Source: Candidatus Obscuribacteraceae bacterium
Lineage (GTDB): Bacteria; Cyanobacteriota; Vampirovibrionia; Obscuribacterales; Obscuribacteraceae
Reading direction: 5' to 3'
Length of the DNA: 64,000 nt
NCBI GenBank assembly: GCA_044226015.1
Contig: JBGAHS010000011.1
Location: 192,001-256,000, forward strand
Shown: piece after piece, positions 17,414 through 26,350 of the stretch
Position numbering within the stretch: position 1 is the stretch's first letter
How the letters are laid out: each line of letters opens with the position of its first letter
Program-made: the position numbers and the translations under genes
Notes under the pieces: generated by a model
The model's input: the letters and a program-made list of their open reading frames with translations, nothing else
Told to the model about the DNA's origin: nothing
Databases searched by the model: none

Positions 17414-19363
17414 CTAGCGACGCTCTTTTATTTCGCTTTCTATTTCAGAAATAAATTGGTCGAGCGACACGGCTGGCATGTCACCTCCGCGTCGATGACG
17501 TGGTGTCACCATGCCGGTTTCAACTTCTTTATCACCGATTACGAGCATGTACGGTATTTGCTCAAGCTGCGCTTCGCGAATTTTGTACTTGATCGTTTCT
17601 GAACGATCATCACACTTAACTCGCAACAGTTTCGCACGCAATTGTGCGGCAACTTTTTGTGCATACTCATGGTGGCGGTCAGCAATCGGAAGAATAGCAA
17701 TTTGCTCAGGTGCCAACCAGGTTGGGAAAGCTCCTGCGTAGTGCTCAATGAGACCTCCACAGAACCGTTCCATAGAGCCCAGAACAGCTCTATGAACCAT
17801 GATTGCTTTATGCTTGTTGCCATCTTCACCTATGTAGGTAACATCGAATCTGTTTGGAAGATTCAAATCAACCTGCACGGTTGGACCCTGCCATTCACGT
17901 CCAATCGCATCGAAAAGCTTAAAGTCGATCTTCGGAGCGTAGAACGCGCCACCACCTTCTTCAACCTCGTACTCAAGATTGCGAGACTTGATGGCATTTT
18001 CCAGCGCTGTGGTTGCGAACTCCCACTCTTCATCACTACCAAGTGATTTCTCAGGACGAGTTGCTAGATAAGCCTTGAACGAATAACCAAATGTCTTCAT
18101 CAAGAAATCAATGAGGTCAATAATTCCTGCGACTTCTTCTTCCAACTGATCTGGTCGACAGAATATGTGCGAATCATCTTGTGTAAATCCGCGTACGCGC
18201 AACATGCCATGCAAAACGCCTGAACGTTCATATCGATAGACGGTACCAAGTTCGGCAAATCGCAAAGGCAGATCACGATAGCTATGCAAACGAGACTTAT
18301 AGATCATGATATGACCAGGACAATTCATCGGTTTAACCCGATAAGGCTCCTCATCAATAGTCATCGATGCATACATGTTCTCAGCATAGTTTTCTAAGTG
18401 TCCGCTGATTTCGTACAGTTTTTCGTGCGCAATATGCGGAGTGAACACGAATTGATATCCGCGCTTGCGATGCTCTTCGCGCCAGAAGTCTTCAATTTCT
18501 GCACGCACTGTTGCAAGATTTGGATGCCAGAAAACTAGACCTGGTCCAACTTCATCGTGCACTGTGAAAAGGTCCAATTGCTTAGACAAGCGACGATGGT
18601 CACGTCTTTCAGCTTCTTCCAACTTGTGCAAGTAAGCCTTTAGATCATCTTCTTTCCACCACGCAGTAGCGTAAATTCGTTGGAGACGCTCTTTGTTTTC
18701 GTCACCTCGCCAGTACGAGCCCGAAACCTTCATCAGCTTAAACGCTTTGATAAATCCGGTTGACGGTAAGTGTGGTCCGCGACAAAGATCATTCCATACA
18801 TTCTTGCCCTCTTTATCGAGCATCAAATATAGTGTCGGGTTGTGATCTCTGTGCTCTGTCAAAAGCTCAGCTTTGAACTTTTCACCTTGCGATTTGAAGT
18901 CACCGATCTGTTTATCAACATCGGGAATGCAATATCGCACTAATTTCTGATCTTCTTTGACGATCCTTTTCATTTCCGCTTCGATCTTATCGAGATCTTC
19001 ATTAGTTAGCGGATGGTCAGTAATTTCGAAGTCGTAATAGAAGCCATCTTGAATGGTAGGACCAATTGCAATCTTCGCTTCCGGGAAAATGCGTTGCACC
19101 GCCTGCGCCATTACGTGCGCAGTTGAATGACGAAGCAATTCCAACGCTTCGGGATCTTCAGCTGTAAGAATTTTGACCTGGTCACCACTTTCTAGCGGTG
19201 TCGAGAGATCGCGAATCTCACCATTAATCAAACCTCCAACGGCTTTACGAAACAGCCCTTGTGAGATTGATTTGGCAAGATCTCCACAGCTTGAGCCTTT
19301 GTCGAGACTCTTTTCACTGCCATCGGGCAGCTTAACCTGAACCATGGTTTCAACTTGAGACAT
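17414..19363 (-). CDS. thrS: Threonine--tRNA ligase
   Basis: TGS domain, RHSTAH, DLCRGPH, KPMNCPGH, RVRGFTQDD, HRAVLGS; AAGGAG before ATG 19363. Confidence 0.98.
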   Translation of the reverse strand: MSQVETMVQVKLPDGSEKSLDKGSSCGDLAKSISQGLFRKAVGGLINGEIRDLSTPLESGDQVKILTAEDPEALELLRHSTAHVMAQAVQRIFPEAKIAIGPTIQDGFYYDFEITDHPLTNEDLDKIEAEMKRIVKEDQKLVRYCIPDVDKQIGDFKSQGEKFKAELLTEHRDHNPTLYLMLDKEGKNVWNDLCRGPHLPSTGFIKAFKLMKVSGSYWRGDENKERLQRIYATAWWKEDDLKAYLHKLEEAERRDHRRLSKQLDLFTVHDEVGPGLVFWHPNLATVRAEIEDFWREEHRKRGYQFVFTPHIAHEKLYEISGHLENYAENMYASMTIDEEPYRVKPMNCPGHIMIYKSRLHSYRDLPLRFAELGTVYRYERSGVLHGMLRVRGFTQDDSHIFCRPDQLEEEVAGIIDLIDFLMKTFGYSFKAYLATRPEKSLGSDEEWEFATTALENAIKSRNLEYEVEEGGGAFYAPKIDFKLFDAIGREWQGPTVQVDLNLPNRFDVTYIGEDGNKHKAIMVHRAVLGSMERFCGGLIEHYAGAFPTWLAPEQIAILPIADRHHEYAQKVAAQLRAKLLRVKCDDRSETIKYKIREAQLEQIPYMLVIGDKEVETGMVTPRHRRGGDMPAVSLDQFISEIESEIKERR

Positions 19364-19524
19364 AATCAACTCCTTTCTGCGGCATATACAAACTGCCGGC
19401 GAAGCCCAATCATATCAAAAAGCGCCCTCTTTGCAGCCTAAATTGTACTAGCCGCAACGTTTTCGTTGCATTCCAGACATTTTTACAGTGTGCACCCTGC
19501 CTGAAAATTTGATAGAAAAGGCAT

Positions 19525-19740
19525 TTAGCGTAACGGAACTATCTTGGCAATCGCGGTGCCGTCTTTCATAATCAAGATTTCCTCGCCGCCTTCCAGAGCT
19601 TCTAGCTGACCCGCAAGCTGAGTTCTGGCATCCTTTAATGTGGTTTTGCCCGAACATACCTGTTCCATTAATTTGGAAAGGAGATTTCTAATCTCTCTAA
19701 CACTTACTTTTCTGATTTGCTTAGGCGCCATTGCTTTCAT
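19525..19740 (-). CDS. Phd/YefM-fold small protein, orphan with no adjacent toxin
   Basis: VSVREIRNLLSKLMEQV and GEEILIMKDGTAIAKIVP match Phd-family N-terminal segments. Confidence 0.6.
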   Translation of the reverse strand: MKAMAPKQIRKVSVREIRNLLSKLMEQVCSGKTTLKDARTQLAGQLEALEGGEEILIMKDGTAIAKIVPLR

Positions 19741-20187
19741 CTAAAATTCCTTGCGCATTTGATTTATGAACTCGGCAAGATTCTCATCGGTGGTGAAGAA
19801 ACGAACACCCGCTGCATCCCATGTATAGAATCCGGTTTTTGCATTGCCTGCATCAATCCACGCTTCCACTTTGATTCCTGCGCGACGTGATCTCTCAAAA
19901 CTCAGTTCAAATGAAGGTTCACTGGGTTCAAAAATAACCTTCTGCTTTTGCCCTTTCAACAGACTCTCTAATTGAACCGCAAAATTCTCCAATTCATCTG
20001 TAGGTGTCCGGCAAATACTGCAGCTTTCGCCCTCAAGACTTCTAAACCGATGCTCGCCGCTCTGAAGTGTCAGAGAAAGTCGCTGCCAACATTCATCTTG
20101 CATCGATGTCTCAACAAGTTGCTTATCGCCCGGACGAATCTCCAAACAACTCGGACAATCTTTTTCCTCGGACTGCAAAACTGCCAT
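19741..20187 (-). CDS. Hypothetical protein, weakly WapI-immunity-like
   Basis: Tightly packed after mnmE; the FEPSEPSFELSF segment weakly recalls WapI-like proteins. Confidence 0.6.
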   Translation of the reverse strand: MAVLQSEEKDCPSCLEIRPGDKQLVETSMQDECWQRLSLTLQSGEHRFRSLEGESCSICRTPTDELENFAVQLESLLKGQKQKVIFEPSEPSFELSFERSRRAGIKVEAWIDAGNAKTGFYTWDAAGVRFFTTDENLAEFINQMRKEF

Positions 20188-20188
20188 T

Positions 20189-21634
20189 TCATTTACCTAT
20201 GCAAAACTTGGAGAAGACCTCGGATATTATCTCCTCGCTTACCGCATTTCCAGAGATCTCAGACAATGCATCGATAGCAATCTTAAGATCTGACGCGATG
20301 CAGTCCTGAGGCATTCCTGCCAGCACAGTATCCAATGAGCTATCCAAACACTCTACAGCCTTCGTACATAAAGCCGATTGCCGCATATTTAATGATGGTG
20401 CATCTCGATTGACAGCATCCTTATATACCCAGTCTTCAATTGCTGAACTGAGTTCCTTTATGTGCGTCCCTGACAATGCAGAAACGGCGATAGTAGCTAC
20501 GCACTCAGATGTCAGGTTATCGGGATGAAAGTTGAGATTATCTCGCTGCGCTAATAAATCAATCTTATTTCCAACTATAAGCATAGGTTTGCCAGCTGAA
20601 TATTTGACGATGTCTTCTTCAGGTTGTGACCAACCTTCAGCGAGATCAACTAGAAGCAAAATCATGTCAGCTTCATCAATTGCTTTTTTACTTCGCTCGA
20701 TTCCAATTCTCTCAACGCGGTCTTCCGTATGCCTAATTCCAGCTGTATCAATGAGGGTTACAGGAATTCCGTTGAGGTCCAATATCTCTTCAATGCTATC
20801 TCTAGTAGTCCCTGGTATATCAGTTACGATAGCTCGCTCGAATTTAAGCAGCTGATTCAGTAAGCTGGACTTGCCTGCATTTGGGCGTCCTACCAGTGCG
20901 AGCTTCAGACCTTCTCTGAGAAATTTTCCAGCACGCGCAGTGCGAGCTAAATCAAAAAGTTCCTCGCGCGCCTTCTTGACGACCCTCTCGATCTCGGGTT
21001 CAGGCGCATCTCCGATCTCCTCTGGAAAATCGATGCCAGCAACTATTCGTGTTTGAACTTCAATTAGTTCTGCCCGCACAGAATTAATATGTTTGCCGAG
21101 CCGCCCGGTGAGGGCAGATACGGCCATTCGTCCCTGACGAGCAGTTTTAGCCTGAATGATATCGAGAACAGACTCTGCTTGAGTCAGATCAATCTTGCCG
21201 TTCAGAAACGCCCTCTCGGTGAACTCTCCCCGTCGTGACAAACGAGCACCTTGCCGAATTAATAATGCAAGTATTTCATTGCAGATTAACGAACCACCGT
21301 GACACGAGATTTCAACAAGGTCTTCACCGGTGTAAGTATGTGGTCCGCGAAACAAAGTCACTACGACTTCATCAACTATGTCTTTAGTGGACGGATCATA
21401 TATATACCCATGCTTCGCGAAGTGGCTTTTCAGAAGCGGAACTTCGGGAATTAAATTTTCGGGGACAGAAAATGCTCTCTCCGAAAAAATTTTCTGCAAA
21501 ATTTTTTCGGCATCAAAACCAGACATGCGCACGACCGCAATCGCACTTGGACCGGGCGATGTAGAGATTGCAGCAATAGTTTCAGTTGAATCGATCATAG
21601 TAATTTCTTCGCTGATCATACAATTTTCTCGCAT
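20189..21634 (-). CDS. mnmE: tRNA modification GTPase MnmE/TrmE
   Basis: TIAAIST, YTGEDLVEISCHG, GEFTERAFLNGK, GRPNAGKSS, DTAG, NKID, C-terminal FCIGK; the true start may be a downstream Met. Confidence 0.97.
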   Translation of the reverse strand: MRENCMISEEITMIDSTETIAAISTSPGPSAIAVVRMSGFDAEKILQKIFSERAFSVPENLIPEVPLLKSHFAKHGYIYDPSTKDIVDEVVVTLFRGPHTYTGEDLVEISCHGGSLICNEILALLIRQGARLSRRGEFTERAFLNGKIDLTQAESVLDIIQAKTARQGRMAVSALTGRLGKHINSVRAELIEVQTRIVAGIDFPEEIGDAPEPEIERVVKKAREELFDLARTARAGKFLREGLKLALVGRPNAGKSSLLNQLLKFERAIVTDIPGTTRDSIEEILDLNGIPVTLIDTAGIRHTEDRVERIGIERSKKAIDEADMILLLVDLAEGWSQPEEDIVKYSAGKPMLIVGNKIDLLAQRDNLNFHPDNLTSECVATIAVSALSGTHIKELSSAIEDWVYKDAVNRDAPSLNMRQSALCTKAVECLDSSLDTVLAGMPQDCIASDLKIAIDALSEISGNAVSEEIISEVFSKFCIGK

Positions 21635-21753
21635 GATCCTACTTGAACAGCATCTACTTCGGTGTTAGTATTCGTCACGTTTCGTAGGGAACGATCACAA
21701 AACGAAAGTTTCATGCAAAACAAATTCATAGGTAAAGGTTAGGGGGTAGCTCG

Positions 21754-22167
21754 ATGAACAGAGCAGAGTTAATCAACGCTGTTGCAGATATTACCGGACA
21801 AACAAAGCAGCAAACCGGCAATGCAGTTAACGCAATCCTGCACACAATTACAGGTGCATTGTCCAAGGGCGACAGAGTTATGCTCGTCGGCTTCGGAACA
21901 TTTGAACGCAGAAACCGCAAGGCACGTTCCGGCGTCAATCCGCAAAATCCGCGCCAAAAGCTAACCATTGCAGCAGCAAAGGTTCCAGCTTTCCGTGCTG
22001 GACAAGAGCTGAAAGACATCGTCGATGGACGTTCTAAGTTGCCAGCTCCACCAAAGGCTGAAGGTGCTGCTAAACCAGCTAAGAAAGCTGCTGCTAAGCC
22101 AGTTAAGAAAGCTGCTGCTAAGCCAGTCAAGAAGGCTGCAAAGAAGCCAGCTAAGAAGAGAAAATAA
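21754..22167 (+). CDS. hup: HU DNA-binding protein with a Lys/Ala/Pro-rich tail
   Basis: MNRAELI, GFGTFE, RSGVNPQ, PAFRAG, then (A/K)KPAKKAAA-like repeats. Confidence 0.93.
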   Translation: MNRAELINAVADITGQTKQQTGNAVNAILHTITGALSKGDRVMLVGFGTFERRNRKARSGVNPQNPRQKLTIAAAKVPAFRAGQELKDIVDGRSKLPAPPKAEGAAKPAKKAAAKPVKKAAAKPVKKAAKKPAKKRK

Positions 22168-22200
22168 TCTCGCTTAGTAAGCACAAGCGTTAAAGCTCAA

Positions 22201-22236
22201 AGAGAGAAGGAGCCCGGCTCCTTCTCTCTTATTTAT
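22201..22236 (+). terminator. Intrinsic terminator after hup
   Basis: AGAGAGAAGGAGC-CCG-GCTCCTTCTCTCT followed by a T-rich run. Confidence 0.85.
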
Positions 22237-22740
22237 TGTCCTCTTAGAGGAAAGCAATACGATATCGAGTGCGAATATAATTTCTATATTGCACTTCGAA
22301 TTTGTGTATTATCGAAAATACGACAATTCGGCAAAACCCTTATGCGCAAAGGATTTACGATGTCGCACGATCAAATATACCAGTTAGACTATTTTTTGCA
22401 ATGCCATCATAAGTGGTGGCAACTCAGTTTATCGAATAGGCTTCCTGCAGCATGAGCCTCAATAACAGCGCTTGTTGTAAGCGCCAGGACTCCTCAGCAC
22501 CCAAGCAATCGTCCTAGCAACATACACACTCTTAACCGACTAAATTGTTATAGAACAACTGATCGAGATCAACGATCAGCATTTTAAATAATCGGCAAAC
22601 CTCTTTCTGAAACTGAGACTAAACCAGTTTGCAAATCAGTTATGCAAATTGGATCAGGATAGACTCGCTACATAAGGCGAAAAGCTGAAAAAAACAAAAC
22701 AGACAAAATCAGCAAACGAAACGCTTTCGATAACAGTAAA

Positions 22741-22971
22741 TCAAGCACTTACACACTGCCTTGCAAAAAACTCCAGGCGCTGTGCTTCCTCATCATTGTT
22801 TTGTTTCACCATGCAAACAATCAGTCTAGAAAAAACTTCTTGCATCTCAGAACGATCAGGACCGAAAGCGATAATCACAATCGCTTTTCGAAGATGCGAT
22901 TCAGCAAGCTGAAAATCACGGGACGCCATAGCAGTACATGCTAGTGAAACTAAACCTTGAACCTTAGTCAT
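22741..22971 (-). CDS. Small TPR-like hypothetical protein (76 aa)
   Basis: AGGGGGA before ATG 22971; LAESHLRKAI..FGPD..EEAQRLE TPR-like pattern. Confidence 0.55.
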   Translation of the reverse strand: MTKVQGLVSLACTAMASRDFQLAESHLRKAIVIIAFGPDRSEMQEVFSRLIVCMVKQNNDEEAQRLEFFARQCVSA

Positions 22972-23043
22972 ATTTGTTGTCCCCCTAGTCAAAAAAAACT
23001 CGTACAAACAATTTCCTATTGCCATTTTGCCTTCCTAAAGGCT

Positions 23044-23541
23044 TCATGCGATTGCTGCCAGGCTGGGCAGAGCTCTGATTCCGCTTACAAACTTCTGGTT
23101 GAGATAAGCACAAACTCTTCCCTCAAGAGATTTGAGCTTTGGTTCATTGCCTGTGAACGTGTAAAGGTAATGCAATTTCAAGAGTACTGTTCCCAGCCCA
23201 TCGTAATTTACGAATGCCTTCTCGCTGTCGAATACGCAAAGTGCTTCTTCAAACAACTGTTCAGCCACCAAAAATTCCCCTTCGAGTTCATAGAGTTCTG
23301 CAAGCGAGAGCAATGTGCGCGCATTCTCTGAATACAAAGGTCCAAACAACTTATATTGAATATCGAGAATTCTCCAATAGGTGCTGCTGGCGGCATTTAT
23401 CATTTTCAGATTCTTGTAGAGTTCTGCAAGATTTTGTAATTCACAAATAACATTTGAATGATTTTTTCCCCAGCATTTCTCTGCTGCTTCCACCTTGTTT
23501 TTTGCTTGAGTCACAACGCTGTTAAAAACCAATTCTGTCAT
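23044..23541 (-). CDS. Cytoplasmic TPR protein (kinesin-light-chain-like repeats)
   Basis: GGAG before ATG 23541; WGKNHSNV..LQNLAELY and FGPLYSENARTLLSLAELY. Confidence 0.7.
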   Translation of the reverse strand: MTELVFNSVVTQAKNKVEAAEKCWGKNHSNVICELQNLAELYKNLKMINAASSTYWRILDIQYKLFGPLYSENARTLLSLAELYELEGEFLVAEQLFEEALCVFDSEKAFVNYDGLGTVLLKLHYLYTFTGNEPKLKSLEGRVCAYLNQKFVSGIRALPSLAAIA

Positions 23542-23709
23542 GATATTTTCTCCGCGGCTTTCTGCATCCGTCACTTGATGGTTCTATTCAATCGTCTTTC
23601 GCACCGATCTGCCTCAATCAATTGATGGACGAAACAGTGTGATCTTCGGGTCACCCGATCTAACACGTTTGGTTGACACAAGAAATTGAAGGAGGAAACC
23701 TCCGCTACC

Positions 23710-23725
23710 TCACCCGATTGAGTGA
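23710..23725. promoter_or_regulatory. Imperfect palindrome TCACCC-GATT-GAGTGA, candidate regulator site
   Basis: A second TCACCCGAT half-site lies at 23651-23659; both are upstream of the TPR pair and next to a NarL-family gene. Confidence 0.35.
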
Positions 23726-23880
23726 TTGACAGGCAAAAGGGGCGTTAACAAGCACCATTAGTTTTTTTAGTACGAAAACTAGAAGCTCAAAAGTGTTAAT
23801 TTGAAGCGGACCAGGATTTTGGACTACTTGTAGTCGATATTCTCGACACAATTATAGCCAAGCAATTTCCTCTCGATACG

Positions 23881-23922
23881 ATTGGCTTTAATTGATTGGC
23901 TCGGATTGATTGGCTCTGATTG
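23881..23922. repeat. Three 14-bp tandem repeats ATTGGCTYNRATTG
   Basis: ATTGGCTTTAATTG / ATTGGCTCGGATTG / ATTGGCTCTGATTG, directly after the response-regulator stop. Confidence 0.75.
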
Positions 23923-23925
23923 AAA

Positions 23926-24600
23926 CTAAACGAGATCAAGCTTCAGAGCTTTTACAGCAGCCTGAGTTCGATCTGATACTTCCAACTTTTCCATAATATG
24001 ACGCATATGGGTTTTGATAGTCTCTATTCCTACAACAAGACGTTGGGACATTTCTTGATTTGTCATTCCCTCGACCAGCAATCCGAGAACCTCAATCTCT
24101 CGAGCACTCAAATCGAGGCGCGGCTTTCTCAGGTTAATGTGCTTGTTATCATCAGCTTTGCCTGGAGGCACCAAATGCTGCAAGACCACATCTGCAATGC
24201 CAGGATCTAACCAGACAACGCCTTCTGAAACAGCGACAATGGCTCGCTCAAGCTGCTCAACTGAAATCGACTTGAGACAATAGCCCTCAGTGCCCGCAGC
24301 AAGAGCAGCAAAGACGTGCTCAGCGTTATCGTGTGAAGTAAACATGATAATTCGCGTAGAGGGCAGTTCTGCTTTGATGTGCTTAGCGGCATCAACCCCA
24401 TTCATTTGCGGTAGCCCAATATCCATTAGCACAACTTGAGGTCCTAACAATTTCGTCTGTTCGATAGCACTTAATCCATCGGCCGCTTCACCAACAACCT
24501 TGACCAATTTTGATTCTTTGAAGCTAAGCACCAGCCCAAGCCTTGTTATTTCCTGGTCTTCGACTAATAAAACACTGACTGGCTCTGAGATTGAAGGCAT
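23926..24600 (-). CDS. NarL/FixJ-family response regulator (REC + LuxR HTH)
   Basis: LLVED, LMDIGLP, and LSAREIEVL..GMTNQEM..TIKTHMRHIMEKL..DRTQA. Confidence 0.93.
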   Translation of the reverse strand: MPSISEPVSVLLVEDQEITRLGLVLSFKESKLVKVVGEAADGLSAIEQTKLLGPQVVLMDIGLPQMNGVDAAKHIKAELPSTRIIMFTSHDNAEHVFAALAAGTEGYCLKSISVEQLERAIVAVSEGVVWLDPGIADVVLQHLVPPGKADDNKHINLRKPRLDLSAREIEVLGLLVEGMTNQEMSQRLVVGIETIKTHMRHIMEKLEVSDRTQAAVKALKLDLV

Positions 24601-24696
24601 ATTGTTCACCCGGATAGCGATAAATTCAAAGCCAAATTTCAACTGCATTATTCTATCTTACCGCTTCAACTAAATATGGAATAGCGGCTTTAGCAA

Positions 24697-25788
24697 TTAC
24701 TGTGAAAATGGAATAGAGACCACAAACTTAGTACCAGTTCCTTCAGCACTCAAGCATTCAATTTTGCCGAGGTGTGCCTCTGCAATCTGCCGGCAAAGAT
24801 AGAGCCCTAGACCGGTGCCTGAGTGGTAGCGCCGCCCTGTTCTTCCCTGAGCAAATCTATCAAAAAGAGTTTTTTGTTCTTCAGCTGATATTCCAGGACC
24901 ATTGTCTAAGACACTTAATACCAAAAGTTCCTCTACATGCTCCAGCTTGATGCGAACCTCACCGCCTGCAGCGCTAAACTTAAGGGCATTATCAACGAGA
25001 TTTTGAAGCAACCGAGAGATCGCATTATCATCAATAAAGGCAATGCAAGTATCCTCACATTCCAACCCGATCAAGACTTCGCGTGATTCCGCTAATGGTT
25101 GCATCTCTCTTATTTTCGCCCTTAAGACCCGAGCCACATCCACTTTCTTTCGGTAAATGATTTTTGGGTCGTGTTCAAAGCGATAAATTTCAATCAAGTT
25201 CTGAATCATCTTGAGTAGATTGACATTGGAATCTCTGAGAGTTCTCAGCACATCCTCAGCTTCCTTTGAAATTGAGCCAAGACTTTTATCATTCACCAGC
25301 AGATCCAATATTCGATTTGCTGCAATTAGAGGATTACGGAGATCATGCCCCAGCATAGCCACAAACTCCTCATATTGTTCGTAGAGCGCAAGTTTCTTGC
25401 GCTGTTCTTCGAATCTCTTTCGCTCCTTTGCATACCAAATTATTCGGGGCAGATTATGCTCGTTGATATCCTTCTTAAGAATGTAATCTTGCGCCCCGTT
25501 TTGCACGGCTTGAATCGCTGACTTTCGATGGTCCAAACCGGTCAAGATAACAACAGGCACTTTACTATTCGACCAATCCATTACCTCTTCAAAAGCCTCA
25601 AGTCCATCAGCGTCGGGAAGAGAGAGGTCCAGCAATATCACATCGAATTTATGCCTTAGGTTTCGCATCGACTCAAGGGTGGTTGCATGGGTAACGGAAA
25701 AACTCAGAGGGAGTAACTCCTTTGCAAACGTGGCGTCAGCGTCATTATCCTCAATTAACAGCACTGCTAGCTCATTATCTTCATCCAT
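24697..25788 (-). CDS. Hybrid sensor kinase (REC-HisKA-HATPase)
   Basis: LLIEDN, LLDLSLPD, HDLRNPL, NLVDNALKF, DNGPGI, GTGLGL; ATG 25788 abuts the upstream stop. Confidence 0.9.
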   Translation of the reverse strand: MDEDNELAVLLIEDNDADATFAKELLPLSFSVTHATTLESMRNLRHKFDVILLDLSLPDADGLEAFEEVMDWSNSKVPVVILTGLDHRKSAIQAVQNGAQDYILKKDINEHNLPRIIWYAKERKRFEEQRKKLALYEQYEEFVAMLGHDLRNPLIAANRILDLLVNDKSLGSISKEAEDVLRTLRDSNVNLLKMIQNLIEIYRFEHDPKIIYRKKVDVARVLRAKIREMQPLAESREVLIGLECEDTCIAFIDDNAISRLLQNLVDNALKFSAAGGEVRIKLEHVEELLVLSVLDNGPGISAEEQKTLFDRFAQGRTGRRYHSGTGLGLYLCRQIAEAHLGKIECLSAEGTGTKFVVSIPFSQ

Positions 25789-25789
25789 C

Positions 25790-26242
25790 TCACACTTCTC
25801 GCTTTGGCGGATATCTGACAGCAGCAAACCAGAAATTATCAAAAGTACGAATAATCTTACTGAACTGACCTAAATTCAAAGGCTTGGTGACATAGCAAGA
25901 GGCCTGAAGCTCATAGGTCCTCAAAATATCTTCATCAGCTTGTGATGTAGTTAAAATTACAACGGGAATCACTTTCAAATTCAAATCTTGCTTAATTTCA
26001 GCAAGCAATTCTTTGCCGTCCATTCTGGGCAAATTCAGGTCCAAAAGAATTAAGTCTGGACGCTCTTTCGTTGAAGAAGAGTATTCGCCTCTCTTTAGCA
26101 AATAATCTAGAGCTTCCTCTCCGTCGCGCACAACGTCGATATCAACAGCTACCTTCTCATCCATCAATGCTTCCAAGATGAGATCGGAATCCGCAGAATT
26201 GTCTTCCACAAGAAGTACTCTAAGCTTCTCTCCAAGGTTCAT
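25790..26242 (-). CDS. Rcp1-like single-domain response regulator
   Basis: LLVEDNSAD, PDLILLDLNLPRMDG, IPVVILTTS, YVTKP, C-terminal FWF. Confidence 0.92.
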   Translation of the reverse strand: MNLGEKLRVLLVEDNSADSDLILEALMDEKVAVDIDVVRDGEEALDYLLKRGEYSSSTKERPDLILLDLNLPRMDGKELLAEIKQDLNLKVIPVVILTTSQADEDILRTYELQASCYVTKPLNLGQFSKIIRTFDNFWFAAVRYPPKREV

Positions 26243-26350
26243 AACGCCTCAATGATGCCTTTACTGAAGAAACAGTTTAAATTGCGATGTTCATATGGTA
26301 CAGGAATAGTATCAATCTTCAATCCCTATTTTCTTTTATCAAATAAGCAA

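Noticed and set aside
19364..19524. Analogous Thr-rich leader peptide upstream of thrS
   Set aside because: No Thr-codon uORF or terminator/antiterminator pair was found.
21726..22184. 152-aa hydrophobic antisense ORF
   Set aside because: Shadow of the HU Lys/Ala tail on the opposite strand.
22590..22650. c-di-GMP-I riboswitch suggested by GGCAAAC...GAAA
   Set aside because: No GACGCAAAG or P1-P3 pairing, and it is not in a 5' leader position.
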